A DNA stretch of 64,000 nucleotides from Zootoca vivipara (taxonomy: Eukaryota): assembly GCF_963506605.1 (NCBI RefSeq), contig NC_083290.1, positions 26,040,001 through 26,104,000 of the forward strand, in the 5' to 3' direction. How positions within the stretch are numbered: position 1 is the stretch's first letter; every line of letters starts with the position of its first letter. Positions 1 through 12,420 of the stretch are shown piece by piece. The position numbers and the translations under genes are program-made. The notes beneath the pieces were generated by a model, which was not told where the DNA came from, ran no database searches, and saw nothing but the letters and a program-made list of their open reading frames with translations.

Positions 1-841
1 GGATACCACTACTACTGAATTCAGGAGTGATTAAGGATTTGGGTTGAACATGTACCCCCTTCACACCCCAAAAAGGCACTTTACAGACACGAGCGCCACT
101 CACAGGCTCCCAGTAGTTAAATGTCTCATCGCAGTCGGAGATGTTACTCAGCAGTGCAGCACAGAACCTGGCTGAGATTAGACACTTGAAAGCTGTAGAT
201 CCTTCAGGGGCCCAGACATGTCCTGCTTTGCTCCCAGACGACCTAGGGGAGAGCCAAAAAAAGACAGGTGTTAGCCCCATGGGTGGATGATAAGGTGAGG
301 GGATTAGACTGGCAAGGTGACTGAAGCTGAGAGAAGGGAAGGGTGCTCAGGGAATCATTCCAGATTTTAAAATGAAGCATTTTTAAACACCCAGAAATAC
401 TGCATACATCTAAAAATTCTCACTGTGGAGACAATCGTCGATCAATTCTCACTGATTTGCACATTGATCAGTGAGTGCTGATTCTTCTTCTGACAAAATA
501 CTGATCGGCCCAAACTTTGGTTGGCCTATAATCAAGAAGGGATGTCATGTCCACCACAAGGGTTGCTAAAGGTTCTTTTCTAAATACCAACTTGCATGGC
601 TACTGGCAGGAACAAGATCTGCATTAGTTTCTTGCCTTGAGGCAGCATCCTGCCTTCAGTTCAAGAAACTATGCACAAGAATGCACACACACCCCAAATG
701 GGAGCCTGTGGCATGAGAGAGAAATAAGTGTGTGTCTCTGCTTCAGAATCCCCCATGAAACATCCCATTTATATGCAGGGAGAACAGCAACACATTCTAT
801 TGGTTTGATGCAGTCTCCATAGAGTTGGGGGGAGTCCCACA

Positions 842-844
<3 letters not shown>

Positions 845-913
<69 letters not shown>

Positions 914-916
914 TGT
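845..916. repeat. (CT)n(GT)n compound microsatellite
   Basis: Visible dinucleotide arrays. Confidence 0.95.
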
Positions 917-1051
917 GAGTACTGACCCTATTTATATGACACTGTTATGGGCCATGTGTGGCTTTGTCTTGTTTTTGCAGTGCAGGAAGGCAGCTGAATA
1001 GGGTGAGGAAGATAGTATAAAGAATAGGGAGACTCTATCCTTTTGCCAAAT

Positions 1052-1384
1052 GGGACGTGGGTGCCACTGTAGGTTAAACCAGAGCCTAGGGCTTGCCGAT
1101 CAGAAGGTCGGCGATTCGAATCCCTGCGACGGGGTGAGCTTCCATTGTTCGGTCCCTGCTCCTGCCAACCTAGCAGTTCGAAAGCACGTCAAAGTGCAAG
1201 TAGATAAATAGGTACCGCTCTGGCGGGAAGGTAAATGGCGTTCCCATGCGCTGCTCTGGTTCGCCAGAAGCAGCTTAGTCATACTGGCCACATGACCCGG
1301 AAGCTGTACACCGGCTCCCTCGGCCAGTAAAGTGAGATGAGTGCCGCAACCCCAAAATCGTCTGCGACTGGGTCACTTTACCTT
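1052..1384 (+). mobile_element. Sauria/Squam1-type SINE, near full length, in ALG9 intron 1
   Basis: tRNA-like head with a B-box-like GATTCGAATCC; body shared with the copies at 12628, 13972 and 54781; ACTTTACCTTT tail; imperfect TSD TATCCTTT(T/G)GCCAA. Confidence 0.85.
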
Positions 1385-2073
1385 TATCCTTTGGCCAATG
1401 TCCTCAACTCTGCTTCATTGCTCTTACTGGATTGAGGGATGTGTTAGTTTATGTATGTACAATATGACAGTGGCGGACAGATATTCAAGGGAGGGAGTTA
1501 CTCAATTCTGAGAGGTGCATTTTTTTTATGTGGGAGCCCTACTCCCAAGCAGCAATCCCTACCTCAACATGGCTTATAATATCCATGATGCAACACAGCA
1601 TTTTACAAAGCCTGAAACCAGTCAAGAGTCTCCCACCCCTGCTCCACTTCCTTTTTCTTCTTCAAATTTTCAAATTTACTTTTTCCAAATTTTGAAATTT
1701 CCAAATTTTGAAAATCACCCAACAACCAAAACAAAAAGAGAATTCCATAAATTCCACTTCCAAAGCCCCCACAGCTCATGACCCTTTGAGCCCGACTCTT
1801 AAGGAAGATTCCTTCAGCCCAATGCCCCCCATAAAATAAAAATTAAAAAGTCAGGAAGGCCCTTATAATTCAGGCACCACAGGACCCACCCCCCACGAGC
1901 CCATCTCGAAAGGAGACTCCCCTATTTGATCCTCCCTCAAATTCTTCGAGGGGAACCCATTTACCTTAGGCAACCCTCCCCCCTATAAAGTCTATCTGTC
2001 CCTCCAAGTCACCCCCTAATGGCAGTCTCCCCATATCCTCCTCGCTCACCCCACCCCTTTATCTGCCACCTAC

Positions 2074-2189
2074 TCTGCTTTGGTCTCCTCAGTGGCCGGC
2101 GGGGGCGCTTCTTCTCGCTGGCGGGAAGCGGCAGCCGCCGCATCCCCACCTCCCCCTCGAGGCCGCTGCCGGGGCCCCTTGGCCGCCAT
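2074..2189 (-). CDS. ALG9: ALG9 alpha-1,2-mannosyltransferase, coding exon 1 (gene continues off the left edge)
   Basis: MAAKGPRQRPRGGGGDAAAAASRQREEAPPPATEETKA(E) resembles the ALG9 N-terminus (MASRGARQRLKG...); phase-2 donor GA|GTAGGT; lies in a CpG island; syntenic next to FDXACB1. Confidence 0.8.
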
Positions 2190-2400
2190 GCCGAGTGTGG
2201 GCAGGAGAACGGCCTCGCCAGCAAGCTCCTCCCGGCAGTCAGGAGAGGGACACGTCAGAGGTGAAGGTGGCGGCCGCCATGATGGGTCCGGGCAAACAGA
2301 CACGCGCAAGCGCAGTCTCTTTCTCTGCTGGGGCACCGGCGGCCGCTAGGAAAACGTCTCTCTCTCTCGCAGGGTGAGAAGAGTCTACAGAAGGGAGCCG
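2080..2400. promoter_or_regulatory. CpG island / ALG9 promoter with UPRE/CRE-like TGACGTGTC (2249-2257, - strand) and YY1-like GCCGCCAT
   Basis: High GC and CpG density around the ALG9 ATG; motifs read directly. Confidence 0.65.
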
Positions 2401-3217
2401 CAGCTGACTGTTACCTTATCATGCATTCTCAGACTGTACCACTTCACTTTCCAAGTGGGAGGGTCACTTTTCAACGTGCCCTTTCCTGTTGTTTATTATC
2501 CCTTGTATGTCATCAGTTAGCAGAGTAATGTTGAGCCTCTCGCTGATGCGCTAGTTTTCTCCTTGCAGGGATGCGGATTTTTTAAATATATACATATATA
2601 AATGTGAACGGGAAGAAGTATTCAAAAATATGACCCCTTCTGTCTTTAGCAGCAAAATCCAGAATTCCACCAGCTCACCAAGTGAGGTGGGTGGCTGTTC
2701 AGGTTTTCCACCTGGTGCATACCATGGCTTGCTCCCTTCCCTCTCAGGCTGCTTACAGCTGTATCTTTAGAGCACATTCAAAGCACAGCTTCACCCTCAA
2801 AGAATTATGGACACTGTAGTTGGCTATGGATTGATGGGAATTGCAATTCAGGGAGTGGTAAACTACAGGACCCAGAATTCTTTGAGAGGGAAACGAGCTT
2901 TGGATGTGCTTTAAAGGTATAGTGTGTATTCGGCCTCACACCCTCAATGCCTGAAAGGGAAATGCCTCACCTTTAGGGTGTCCTTGCTATCCTGGACATG
3001 TTTACTCAGAAGTATTTACTGAAGTAAAAACTGCTTCCAGGTAAGTAATTGAAGATTGCAGATGTGCACACACAGCTGGCAACTTGTGCACAAGATGATA
3101 GTTTTACAGAGTGTGCTCCAGTTGCAGAAATACACTCATTACTTCTCCCCAGGGAGATGAATCCTAGAATTGCATGCCCAAAGTACTGTATGTAGGATTT
3201 ACTGATGAGTAAATTGT

Positions 3218-4363
3218 GCTGGATTATGGAGAAAGCTAGAGAGTTCCAGAAAAACGTCTACTTCTGCTTCATTGACTATGCAAAAGCCTTTGACTGTGTC
3301 GACCACAGCAAACTATGGCAAGTTCTTAAAGAAATGGGAGTGCCTGATCACCTCATCTGTCTCCTGAGAAATCTCTATGTGGGACAAGATGCTACAGTTA
3401 GAACTGGATATGGAACAACTGATTGGTTCAAAATTGGGAAAGGAGTATGACAAGGTTGTATATTGTCTCCCTGCTTATTTAACTTATATGCAGAATTCAT
3501 CATGCGAAAGGCTGGACTAGATGAATCCCAAGCCGGAATTAAGATTGCCGGAAGAAATATCAACAACCTCAGATATGCAGATGACACAACCTTGATGGCA
3601 GAAAGTGAGGAGGAATTAAAGAACCTTTTAATGAGGGTGAAAGAGGAGAGCGCAAAATATGGTCTGAAGCTCAACATCAAAAAACCCAAGATCATGGCCA
3701 CTGGTCCCATCACCTCCTGGCAAATAGAAGGGGAAGAAATGGAGGCAGTAAGAGATTTTACTTTCTTGGGCTCCTTGATCACTGCAGATGGTGACAGCAG
3801 TCACGAAATTAAAAGATGCCTGCTTCTTGGGAGAAAAGCAATGACAAACCTAGACAGCCTTTTAAAAAGCAGAGACATCACCTTGCCAACAAAGGTCCGT
3901 ATAGTTAAAGCTATGGTTTTCCCAGTAGTGATGTATGGAAGTGAGAGCTGGACCATAAAGAAGGCTAATCGCCGAAGAATTGATGCTTTTGAATTATGGT
4001 GCTGGAGGAGACTCTTGAGAGTCCCATGGACTGCAAGAAGATCAAACCTATCCATTCTGAAGGAAATCAGCCCTGAGTGCTCACTGGAAGGACAGATCCT
4101 GAAGCTGAGGCTCCAATACTTTGGCCACCTCATGAGAAGAGAAGACTCCCTGGAAAAGACCCTGATGTTGGGAAAGATGGAGGGCACTAGGAGAAGGGGA
4201 CAACAGAGGACGAGATGGTTGGACAGTGTTCTCAAAGCTACGAACATGAGTTTGACCAAACTGCAGGAGGCAGTAGAAGACAGGAGTGCCTGGCGTGCTA
4301 TGGTCCATGGGGTCACGAAGAGTCGGACACGACTAAACGACTAAACAACAACAACAACAACAA
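3218..4363 (+). mobile_element. RTE-BovB LINE, 5'-truncated (RT domain and 3' end)
   Basis: RT motifs FIDYAKAFD and LRYADDT, C-terminal HGVTKSRTRLND, (CAA)n tail; one in-frame TGA at 3448-3450 (probably CGA>TGA in GVRQG). Confidence 0.95.
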
Positions 4364-6220
4364 AATGTGTTCAGGACTAATACTTATCTCACTTACCTCC
4401 CTACCCCCTGTGCCTTTTTAAAATTAACACCCACAGTGTGCATTACAATTTATTTTGTGCCAAGAGTGAGTCTGTGGTTGAGATTCTATTTACATGCAAG
4501 CAAGACCCACTTATTGGAACAAGACTTGCTTTTCAGTAGATTACCACAACTTAGGGTGGTTTGCATTGCCTAACTTTTATCTGGATCTTGTACACCAGCC
4601 ATCATTACATGATTTTGCTCTTCCTGCATTCAAAAGTTTTCCACACTCCACTTGACGCAAACCAATGAACAAGGGGGGGGGGGAATAGAATTTGTCTCCA
4701 TCTTTCATGCATGTTTTCTGAAAACTGCATCACCCTGTTCCTATGAATTCACAAGTTCCTCTGAATTTAATGGAGCTTACATGAGTCTTTATAAGCTTGC
4801 AGCAACACTATGCCTGTTTACTTGGTTGCATTCAGTGGTGCTTTTTATCTATGTAGTATTACAACATTGGCAGTAAATATCACTGTATGTGCACATTGAA
4901 TTCACCAACAAGTCACTGTGCACCAAGTGTGCCAATATGAAGCAGGGTAGCAGAGAAGTGACTGGATTGGTTTTAAATAAGACCTGAGCTCATCCAAGCT
5001 TGTGAGCATCCAGACTGATTGGATTAGTTAAGGCTTGGCTGGCATAAGACCCATTCTCCTTTCTTCCAACTATCCTGCACAAGCTTAGCAGATTCAAAAG
5101 GCTCAGGATTCTGTAACAGTCTCTTATTTTAACCAAGAAACAACTGTGACAATCCTCTCTAAAAATAAGAAACAGCACTTGCTGATTTTATTTAGGTCTT
5201 TGCCAGACCGGATTATAAATATATTGGCATTTTGTTACTCATACTCTTTGCATTCCATCACCTAAAGACGTTGGCATGGGTAAGTCAACATGGTGACATT
5301 GCACAGCAAGGTTGGGAAACCTCAAGCCTTTGGGCCAAATGTGGCCCTCCAGGCCTCTCTACCTGGCCCATGGGATCCACCAGTCCACACCCCTCTCCAG
5401 TCCTGCGTTGCACCCTCCTTGAGTGTTTTTGCCTGGGTGAAATGTGCCCTTGAACTCTGATCCTGCTTCTTACTCACCTGGATCGTGGACAGGACAGGGC
5501 AGGGCATATGTGTGTGTGTGAGAGAGAGAGTTAGGTAGTTGATTGTACAAAGGTAAAATTGCTATGCTCACTTTTGCATCTGGCCCCCCACACCACTAGC
5601 ATGTGGCCCCCGAAAGGCTGTCCAGAAAGCAAAGTGGCCCTTCAGCTGAAAAAGTTTCTCCACTCCTGCTGTAGTAGAAGTTCCTGCATAAAAGCCACTG
5701 TTAATGTAGCAGTCAGCACTTTGGACTCGGAAGAGGGAGGCCCAAGGTAAAGTCCCTGGTTCAGCCACAAGCCTTGCTGAGTGAACTTAGGCCAGTTACC
5801 ATCTCTCAGCCTAGCCAGGTTGTTGTGATGGTTGAATCGTGTGCATTGCCATGAGCCTGTCTGCAGGGTGGCAGAACTGAAATGCAACTTCTTCTTTTAA
5901 AATTGCATAGTTTATCCGACTTTGCAGGAATTCCACTTCAGAAATATTACCTCTTCAGATACACAAACTGAACAGCTTAACCCTACATATCTTGCAGTTA
6001 CATATCCAGCATTTCCATTTATGCCATTCCAAATAAGCAAAACAAGAGTGGGTGGGACTAAATGAAACTGCCCTGTATTATTTTCTCTGACCACCTGCAG
6101 CCTTTATAAGCTTTTGAACGGGCGCTAGATACAATTGCATCGGCCTGCAATGGATAACCTCTTCCAAAAAGAACTCACTGAGAGTGACAAGAGTTAAACA
6201 AGGTTTATAAAGTGTTTGAC

Positions 6221-6226
6221 TTTATT
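6221..6226 (-). terminator. Candidate FDXACB1 poly(A) signal AATAAA
   Basis: TTTATT on +, 160 nt past the stop codon. Confidence 0.5.
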
Positions 6227-6385
6227 GCCTTAAATAGGAAAATAGAAAAAAGGTGGGGTATGCACCACCTTCAAGCCCATCCAGCCTTTATAAAAGGCTT
6301 ACTACGGTTGGCCTGATGTTAACACACAGTTAATTTGAATTATGGAGTCCAATAAAACCTGTCTGCACAGAATGAGGATAAAGAA

Positions 6386-7571
6386 CTACCTAAGAGTCAC
6401 GTGCAGACAGCGCTGTACTTCTTTCCTAAGCTTCATCTGCATTGTTGCCACCTGCTGGCGACTGAGTGCTTTGTCACAAGACTGGTAAGTGATCCTGTAG
6501 CAGAGGCTGGTTTGCCCTGTGCCTGGGTGCCGAAAGCTGTCGAGCAGTTGGATGGACACCACTGATTCAGAAGACACACACCTGGCAATGGCATGGAGCT
6601 GAGTCTCATTAAACTCTTCTGGTTTCGGAACCCAGAAGCTGATGTCATGAACGTAGGAGACTGGGTAGAGGGAAAAGGTCTTGAACGGACCTAAATGCCC
6701 ACCTGCAAACTGATTTAGGAAGCGCTCATCAGAAGTCCAGAGCATGCGCCAGTCAGAGATTTCACATACATGCATGGCCAGAAGATCAAGGTTCAGCGAA
6801 GCGCAAATAATTTCTCGATCAATGCTTGTAGGCTGCCATGGCGTTGTACTTACGGTACCTACACAAAGTTTATTTGGGTCTGGGTCAGAAGTGTCAGGGG
6901 TCACACTGAAAAAGTACTTTGATTTAAGGAGCTGAAGTTCAGGATTCGCAAAAGTATTTAGCTGTGTCTTTGGCTTGTCCACTGTACAGTCTAGCTTGAA
7001 GCCTGAAGGCTGGAGCAGTGCACTTAAAGTACTTGTAAGGTTTTCCGCAAGGAGCTGGCTACACGCTTCTTCTGTGCCCTTATTAACCACACAGATAAAA
7101 ACGGACTCATGAAAAATGGGCAGTGCATGAGCAGAGAGCTTGCATTTCCTAAATGCCAGCCCACTGAGGACCAGGAAAGTCCCCAGAGGAAGCTCTTTGT
7201 CTCGTACAGTTCTGTGAAGAGAAACCAGAAAGGAAGGTTGGAGACAATAATGTCCAAAGATCCAATCTCTTTCCCAGCTGATCAAGTTGCCACCCTGATC
7301 TGTATCATCCCAGCCAGGAAAGCCAGAAGGAAAGGCAAAGGCCTCTGTATCCGCTGCAGTTTTATTAACCACAGACTTGGCTTTTGGGTTACTTTTGGCA
7401 GCAGGAACCATCCAAGTGGCATCCAGAGTGGAAGTAGAGCTGTGACGATCTTGGAACATCAAGGAAAGAGGAGCACTCACTTTCTGAACTGGGAAAGACT
7501 TGCCAAGCTCCTCAGTGAGCTTTTCGTTTATTGTTCTTATAGGATGTTCCGAATTTGTATCCAGGAAACCC
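6386..7571 (-). CDS. FDXACB1: FDXACB1 last coding exon (PheRS-like region and FDX-ACB domain)
   Basis: Acceptor tttaaatag|G; open frame with DWRMLW, YPVSYVHDISFW and SLCYRITYQSCDKALS, typical of the ferredoxin-fold anticodon-binding domain; TAG stop. Confidence 0.93.
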
Positions 7572-8165
7572 CTATTTAAAAACAGGAAAAAAACAACAGA
7601 AAGCAATATTCTTAGGCAAGTCATTAAAATCGGATTTTATATTTTAAAGAAATGTTCATGTAGTGCCAAAATGTGCAAAGGTGCTAAATGATCCTTAGTG
7701 AGTTTTGCAGGTGGGAAGACCATCTGGCAGCAAATATTTCTTCCAGATGATCCAAGACAGACAGGACTATTTGTCGTTTGACAGCTGGAGTCCCCTTCCA
7801 GCAGTAACGGCAGCAGGATATCATGTCTCTAGTAGTTCAAAGTTACAAAGAGATCCCATGAAGCAGAATTTGAATGCAGCTTTTCCCAGGATTTGGATTC
7901 AGCAAACATCCATTAAACCACAATATATTTTATACATTACAAACGTTAGATTAAGATTAGACTGTAATGCCAACCGTACCCACTCAGAGGTAAATACAAG
8001 TCAATGGAACTTGTATCAAAATTAACATTGTGAGGACTGGTCTAAAGATCACCCCAGTGCTAAGAAAATAGGATGCCTACTGAATTTTCCACAGTCATCA
8101 ATGGAGTGACTATGCTGTACGTATATTCATTAACTTCAAATGGGTGCTGAAACTCAGTTACATAC

Positions 8166-8324
8166 CTGTTAATCTTATCTAGAAATATCTCTGGAACAAG
8201 GAAGGAAACCAACTTCCCTTCCAGTTCTGTTTGACAGATCACAGGCTTGGGATGCTGAAAAGGCACACTCTGTGTGAATATGTGATTCAAAGCTCCTTCT
8301 ACATGAAAAGATTTATCCTGACTC
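8166..8324 (-). CDS. FDXACB1: FDXACB1 coding exon 4
   Basis: ttgcag|GAGTCAGGAT...AACAG|gtatgt; SQDKSFHVEGALNHIFTQS; 159 nt, phase 2/2. Confidence 0.93.
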
Positions 8325-8943
8325 CTGCAAACAAACAAGTCAAGAATGGTTAAATAGACACTCTTTATTTGCACAACATAAAACCAAACAAACTATGTTG
8401 AGCTACATGATCAACAGTAAACCAATTAGATTCAGGGCCCTGGGTATAAATGCCAGGCTGGCTGAAAGTACATGGTGGAAGGAAGGCATGGGAAATAGTG
8501 CTGACTCTTTCCCCCGACATCTCTGTAGCATTTAACTGGAGAATGATATCCAATCCATTCCCTCTATCAACTAACCTGTTAGAAGTCCTGAGAACCAAAG
8601 ACAGTTAAAATGCAGCCTTCCCCATCCTGGTGTCCTTCATGAATTTTTAATTTCAACTCCCATTACCCCAACCAGCAAGATCAGTGAGTCAGGGCTGGTG
8701 GGAATCAGCAGTCAAAAACATCTGGAGGGCACCAGATTGGGAAAGGCTGGTATAAGATATAGCACTCTTGCTGCTAGAGGCAGGAATCTTATACTGCAAC
8801 ATACAGCAAAGAAACTTCCTTGCCGTTTCTTAAACACAGAGGCATCTTAAGAAGCAAGAGCAGATGCTAATATGCTGGTTACCATGACAACACCCAGAAT
8901 GACATCTGGAATGCCACTGTCTGCTTGCTGTGCCGCAACTTAC

Positions 8944-9147
8944 CTGTAACCTGTACTTTTATATCTGCAAGCACTACTGATGTTGAATGGATGAACGCCG
9001 CTCAAAATAAATCCTGCCTCCGCTGCCATAGCCACTACTTGCCAGCTGTTATGCCATTCCCTCACATGCTGGTCTGCAGGGGTACCACCCTGCCCTCTGC
9101 AAAGTGCCACATGGACCTCACCTTTCTCTGCCAGGACCTCTGCACAG
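8944..9147 (-). CDS. FDXACB1: FDXACB1 coding exon 3
   Basis: ttccag|CTGT...TACAG|gtaagt; CAEVLAEKGEVHVALCRGQGGTPADQHVREWHNSWQVVAMAA; 204 nt. Confidence 0.93.
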
Positions 9148-9834
9148 CTGGAAAAGGAACAGAGGAGTGATGGGTAACATTCTTTTGTGCCTGAGGAAAC
9201 ACTCTGCCGCCTTCTTGAGCTGATCCCAAGAAGTCCTTGGATTGTGTTGCTTTTAGCAATATTTTAGGGGGTGGGTGAAGGAATGTGAGAGTTGTACTTT
9301 GGGAGGGGAAAGAGTGTGTTATATGATTGTTTACTGTGCTTGGGCAGATATGACAAGAAAGATTACAAAGAGAGGAAAACACATAGTGCTTATATTTTCT
9401 CACTGGACCTTATCAGCATTGCTCCAAATTGGATCTTTATAGTTCCTAGAACTGGAGGTGTTTGCTGGCAAGCTTGCAAAAATGGGTAGCAACTCCAAGG
9501 TGCAGAATTATTAGTTCTCTGCCCATCACCTCTTGCATGAAAACCCTGGTGCATTTCCTCTAATCGTACAGACCATCTGCTACCACACTGCCTCATTGCA
9601 CAAAACAGCCAATTGCAACAAAGCATTTATCTGTATACAGTGTTTTAAATAAAGTGCATTGACTAAATATGCCTGCCTGTATAATACCAGAAAATTTGGA
9701 CTTAGCTGGCTCACATTTATATCAATTTTATATTGAAGACAGGTTTTGGTGTAAGATAGCAACATCAACTAAAATTAACACACACCACCTTCTCAGTAAC
9801 AAGAGTACATTGACATGGTTCATTTTGGCCTCAC

Positions 9835-9991
9835 CTAAAGAAAAACCTGGCAAGAAGCTCCCTGTTCTTTTTCACTCCAGCTTTTCTCCCACAGTGAGGG
9901 AAGTTGAAATAAATGCAATCAAATTTCCAATCAGCTGGCAAAAAATGCTCCTTCAGTTTTGTGCAGTCAACACAAAAGAGAACTTCAGCAC
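9835..9991 (-). CDS. FDXACB1: FDXACB1 coding exon 2
   Basis: ttccag|GTGCT...TTTAG|gtgagg; AEVLFCVDCTKL...IYFNFPHCGRKAG; 157 nt. Confidence 0.93.
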
Positions 9992-10863
9992 CTGGAATGG
10001 TAAAAGAAAAATGATATGCAAGATACTAGATTATCTTCATGCAATACACACTTTAATGGGCACTTGAGAAAGGCAGAATCTTTATTATTATCTTAATGAG
10101 ACACTGCCTGGAAGAGTATTCCCAATGCAGCAAAGGTAACAACTGAAAGCAAATTTATATGTTCTTTAGGCTTGGATTTGCAGGGGTCCTCACCCAACAC
10201 CAACATCACAGTTCCTTGCTTCAAGACAGGGTCTTCCACAAATTAATTCTCCTAAACCTGATTGCTGTGCCCACAAGTACACAGCAGATACAATAAATAG
10301 CTTCAAGTGACTCAAGAAGCAAGTCAAGCTAGACTGCAAAAAGATCTTTTTCAGCTCTCTCAATGTGCCAAGAATGCAGATGACAATGCTGTAAATTATT
10401 CCTTTTGACTGTGGTCTGGCAATGGTAGAGCCACGGTTTGTTTCCATTTAACTGATCTGGGAAGTTAGAGGCTGAATCCAACAAGTGGAACAACTTCCAC
10501 AAGCACAATCCAATTTTTCCTCTCTCTCCTAGTTCCTAATAATATTGTTATTTTCCATTTTGTTCAACTTGCTCTAATCAGATATTGTGAAAATGCAACC
10601 ATGGCTTCTGCACACCATTCATTTCCCTGGTCCCTTAATCCTGCTTCTTCCATCTCACCTACTGCAGGGCAAGTCCAACTTGCTATAGAGAGGACAGATG
10701 AACCTCCAGTTACTTATTTAGAAGGTTTACATGTCCTAGGCAGGATCCTAGCAACCCTATTTATCCTGTCACATCCCAGCAACCCCATTATCAGAGTCCC
10801 AAGAGCCATCAGAAATTATGCAACAAACAATTTTTCTTTCTTGATTTTTCTTCTTCCTTTTAC

Positions 10864-11047
10864 CTCTGTCCCTCAGATATTGTATGTTGGACTTGGCAAC
10901 AGCTTGTCTAGTTGCAGAATCTTCACTCTCATAGCAGGTAGCAACAATGTGTGCCTCACAGCTCCTCCCTTCACACAAACTGGCAGAGAAGGAAAAGTTT
11001 CCTTCTCCAACTAGGAGGAGACAGGGCTGATGATGCAGAGGCCTCAT
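10864..11047 (-). CDS. FDXACB1: FDXACB1 coding exon 1 (DUF2431/Bmt5-like methyltransferase N-terminus)
   Basis: Kozak GCCACCATG after an acceptor (exon starts 11058); LLLVGEGNFSFS; donor AG|gtaaaa. The five exons total 1890 nt = 629 aa plus stop. Confidence 0.93.
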
Positions 11048-12169
11048 GGTGGCAAAACCTTAAGGGGAGAGAAATGTAGTAAAATTATTATTATTATTTA
11101 TATCCCGTCCATCTGCCCCAGCCACTCTAAGTGGCTTCCAACACTAATAAAAACATAATAAAACACCAGGCATTAAAAACAAAAAATATAGGAATCACGA
11201 TGGTTGCAAAAACATCTAGAGTTGTCTCCAGTCAGCAAAAGCAGCATTTGTTAATAATACCCACCAGGCCAGCCTAGCTGACATGACAGCAACGAAGAAA
11301 ATCCTTCGTGCAGGTCAAAAATTCAACTTCATAAGCAAGCAAGTATTCTAATCTTACTTTAACATACACAAATAAATGCTGAAAAAATCTGTATGGTGAC
11401 AGGAAGCTGGAATCAAACTAGCAGCAAGCGGTTTATATTGTTTCATTAATCATGTTCATTCCTTCCATTCCCAACACTGCAAATATTCTATACAATTATT
11501 GTGTTTTTGAAATACCAAATAATAAAGAGTACAGGAAAGACTGAACAATAAAAATATTAGTAAATTTAGAAAAGCAAGTCCTTCTGGCTCTCAAAGGTTG
11601 GAAATACAGGTGAGTAAATCCCCCCTCCTTGAAGCAGTGGTGAGTTGGTATGAGACTGTAGTCACTCAGTACCTCACACTGAGATTAGGGGAGAAGAGAT
11701 CCAGGGTCAATACCCCGAAGCTATGAGGTGACCTTTATTCAGCTAGTCCAGTCCAGTCTGCTGCCCTTCAGACACTGCTGGGACTAGGAAGCCCCTTCAT
11801 TCCTGACCAGTCTTTGAAAGCAAGTTGTGAGAGAACAAACGGAAGGAGGTTGAGCTGGGAGAGAATTACGTATACACCACCTTGGAGCTCCTTCACCGAC
11901 GGGCAGGATATACTGTATGCATTGCTTTTTTTTCCTAAATAAATGTTTAGGGCTACTCTCATTTTGACTCAAGAAAATCACAATTTCATAATTCAATTCG
12001 GGAAAAATAAAAACACAAAGAAAGCACTGACTGTAAGTAAACAAAGAAATAGGGGGTTTCTAGGGGGCGTGGCATGGGATTGACCACGCCCATCTCTTTA
12101 AAGAGGTAAAGGACTGTTGCCCCCTCCCCACGCCTTTTCCCTTCTTCATCGGGTCTTTTAACCCACTTA

Positions 12170-12420
12170 GGTCTCCCCGCAAACACACCTTTCCACCCTC
12201 CCGAAGCCGGCGTCGCGGTATGTTTACGTCACTTCCGCCAGAGTGCGCCCTTCGCTTCCGGCGCGCGCCGTTTGGGCGGTTGCCTTGGAGACGGCTTCCT
12301 GCTTTTCCTTCCCCTTACTCCGCCTTTTTGTCAGGTGGGCATAGGGAAAGGGCCGGGCTCCCCTGAGACCGAGGGAAGGACGGAGCGGGGCAGGGTGGGC
12401 GGAAGGGAAGGGGCCACCTG
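12170..12420. promoter_or_regulatory. Bidirectional CpG-island promoter of FDXACB1/CFAP68 with CRE-ETS composite (TTACGTCACTTCCG 12224-12237) and RFX X-box (GTTGCCTTGGAGAC 12279-12292)
   Basis: CpG-rich stretch between two divergent genes whose first coding exons both start after acceptors; candidate + strand donor CAG|GTGGGC near 12334. Confidence 0.75.

Noticed and set aside
3801-4316. Antisense 171-aa ORFs (also 42458-42973)
   Set aside because: Shadow frames of the BovB sequence, repeated only because the element is repeated.
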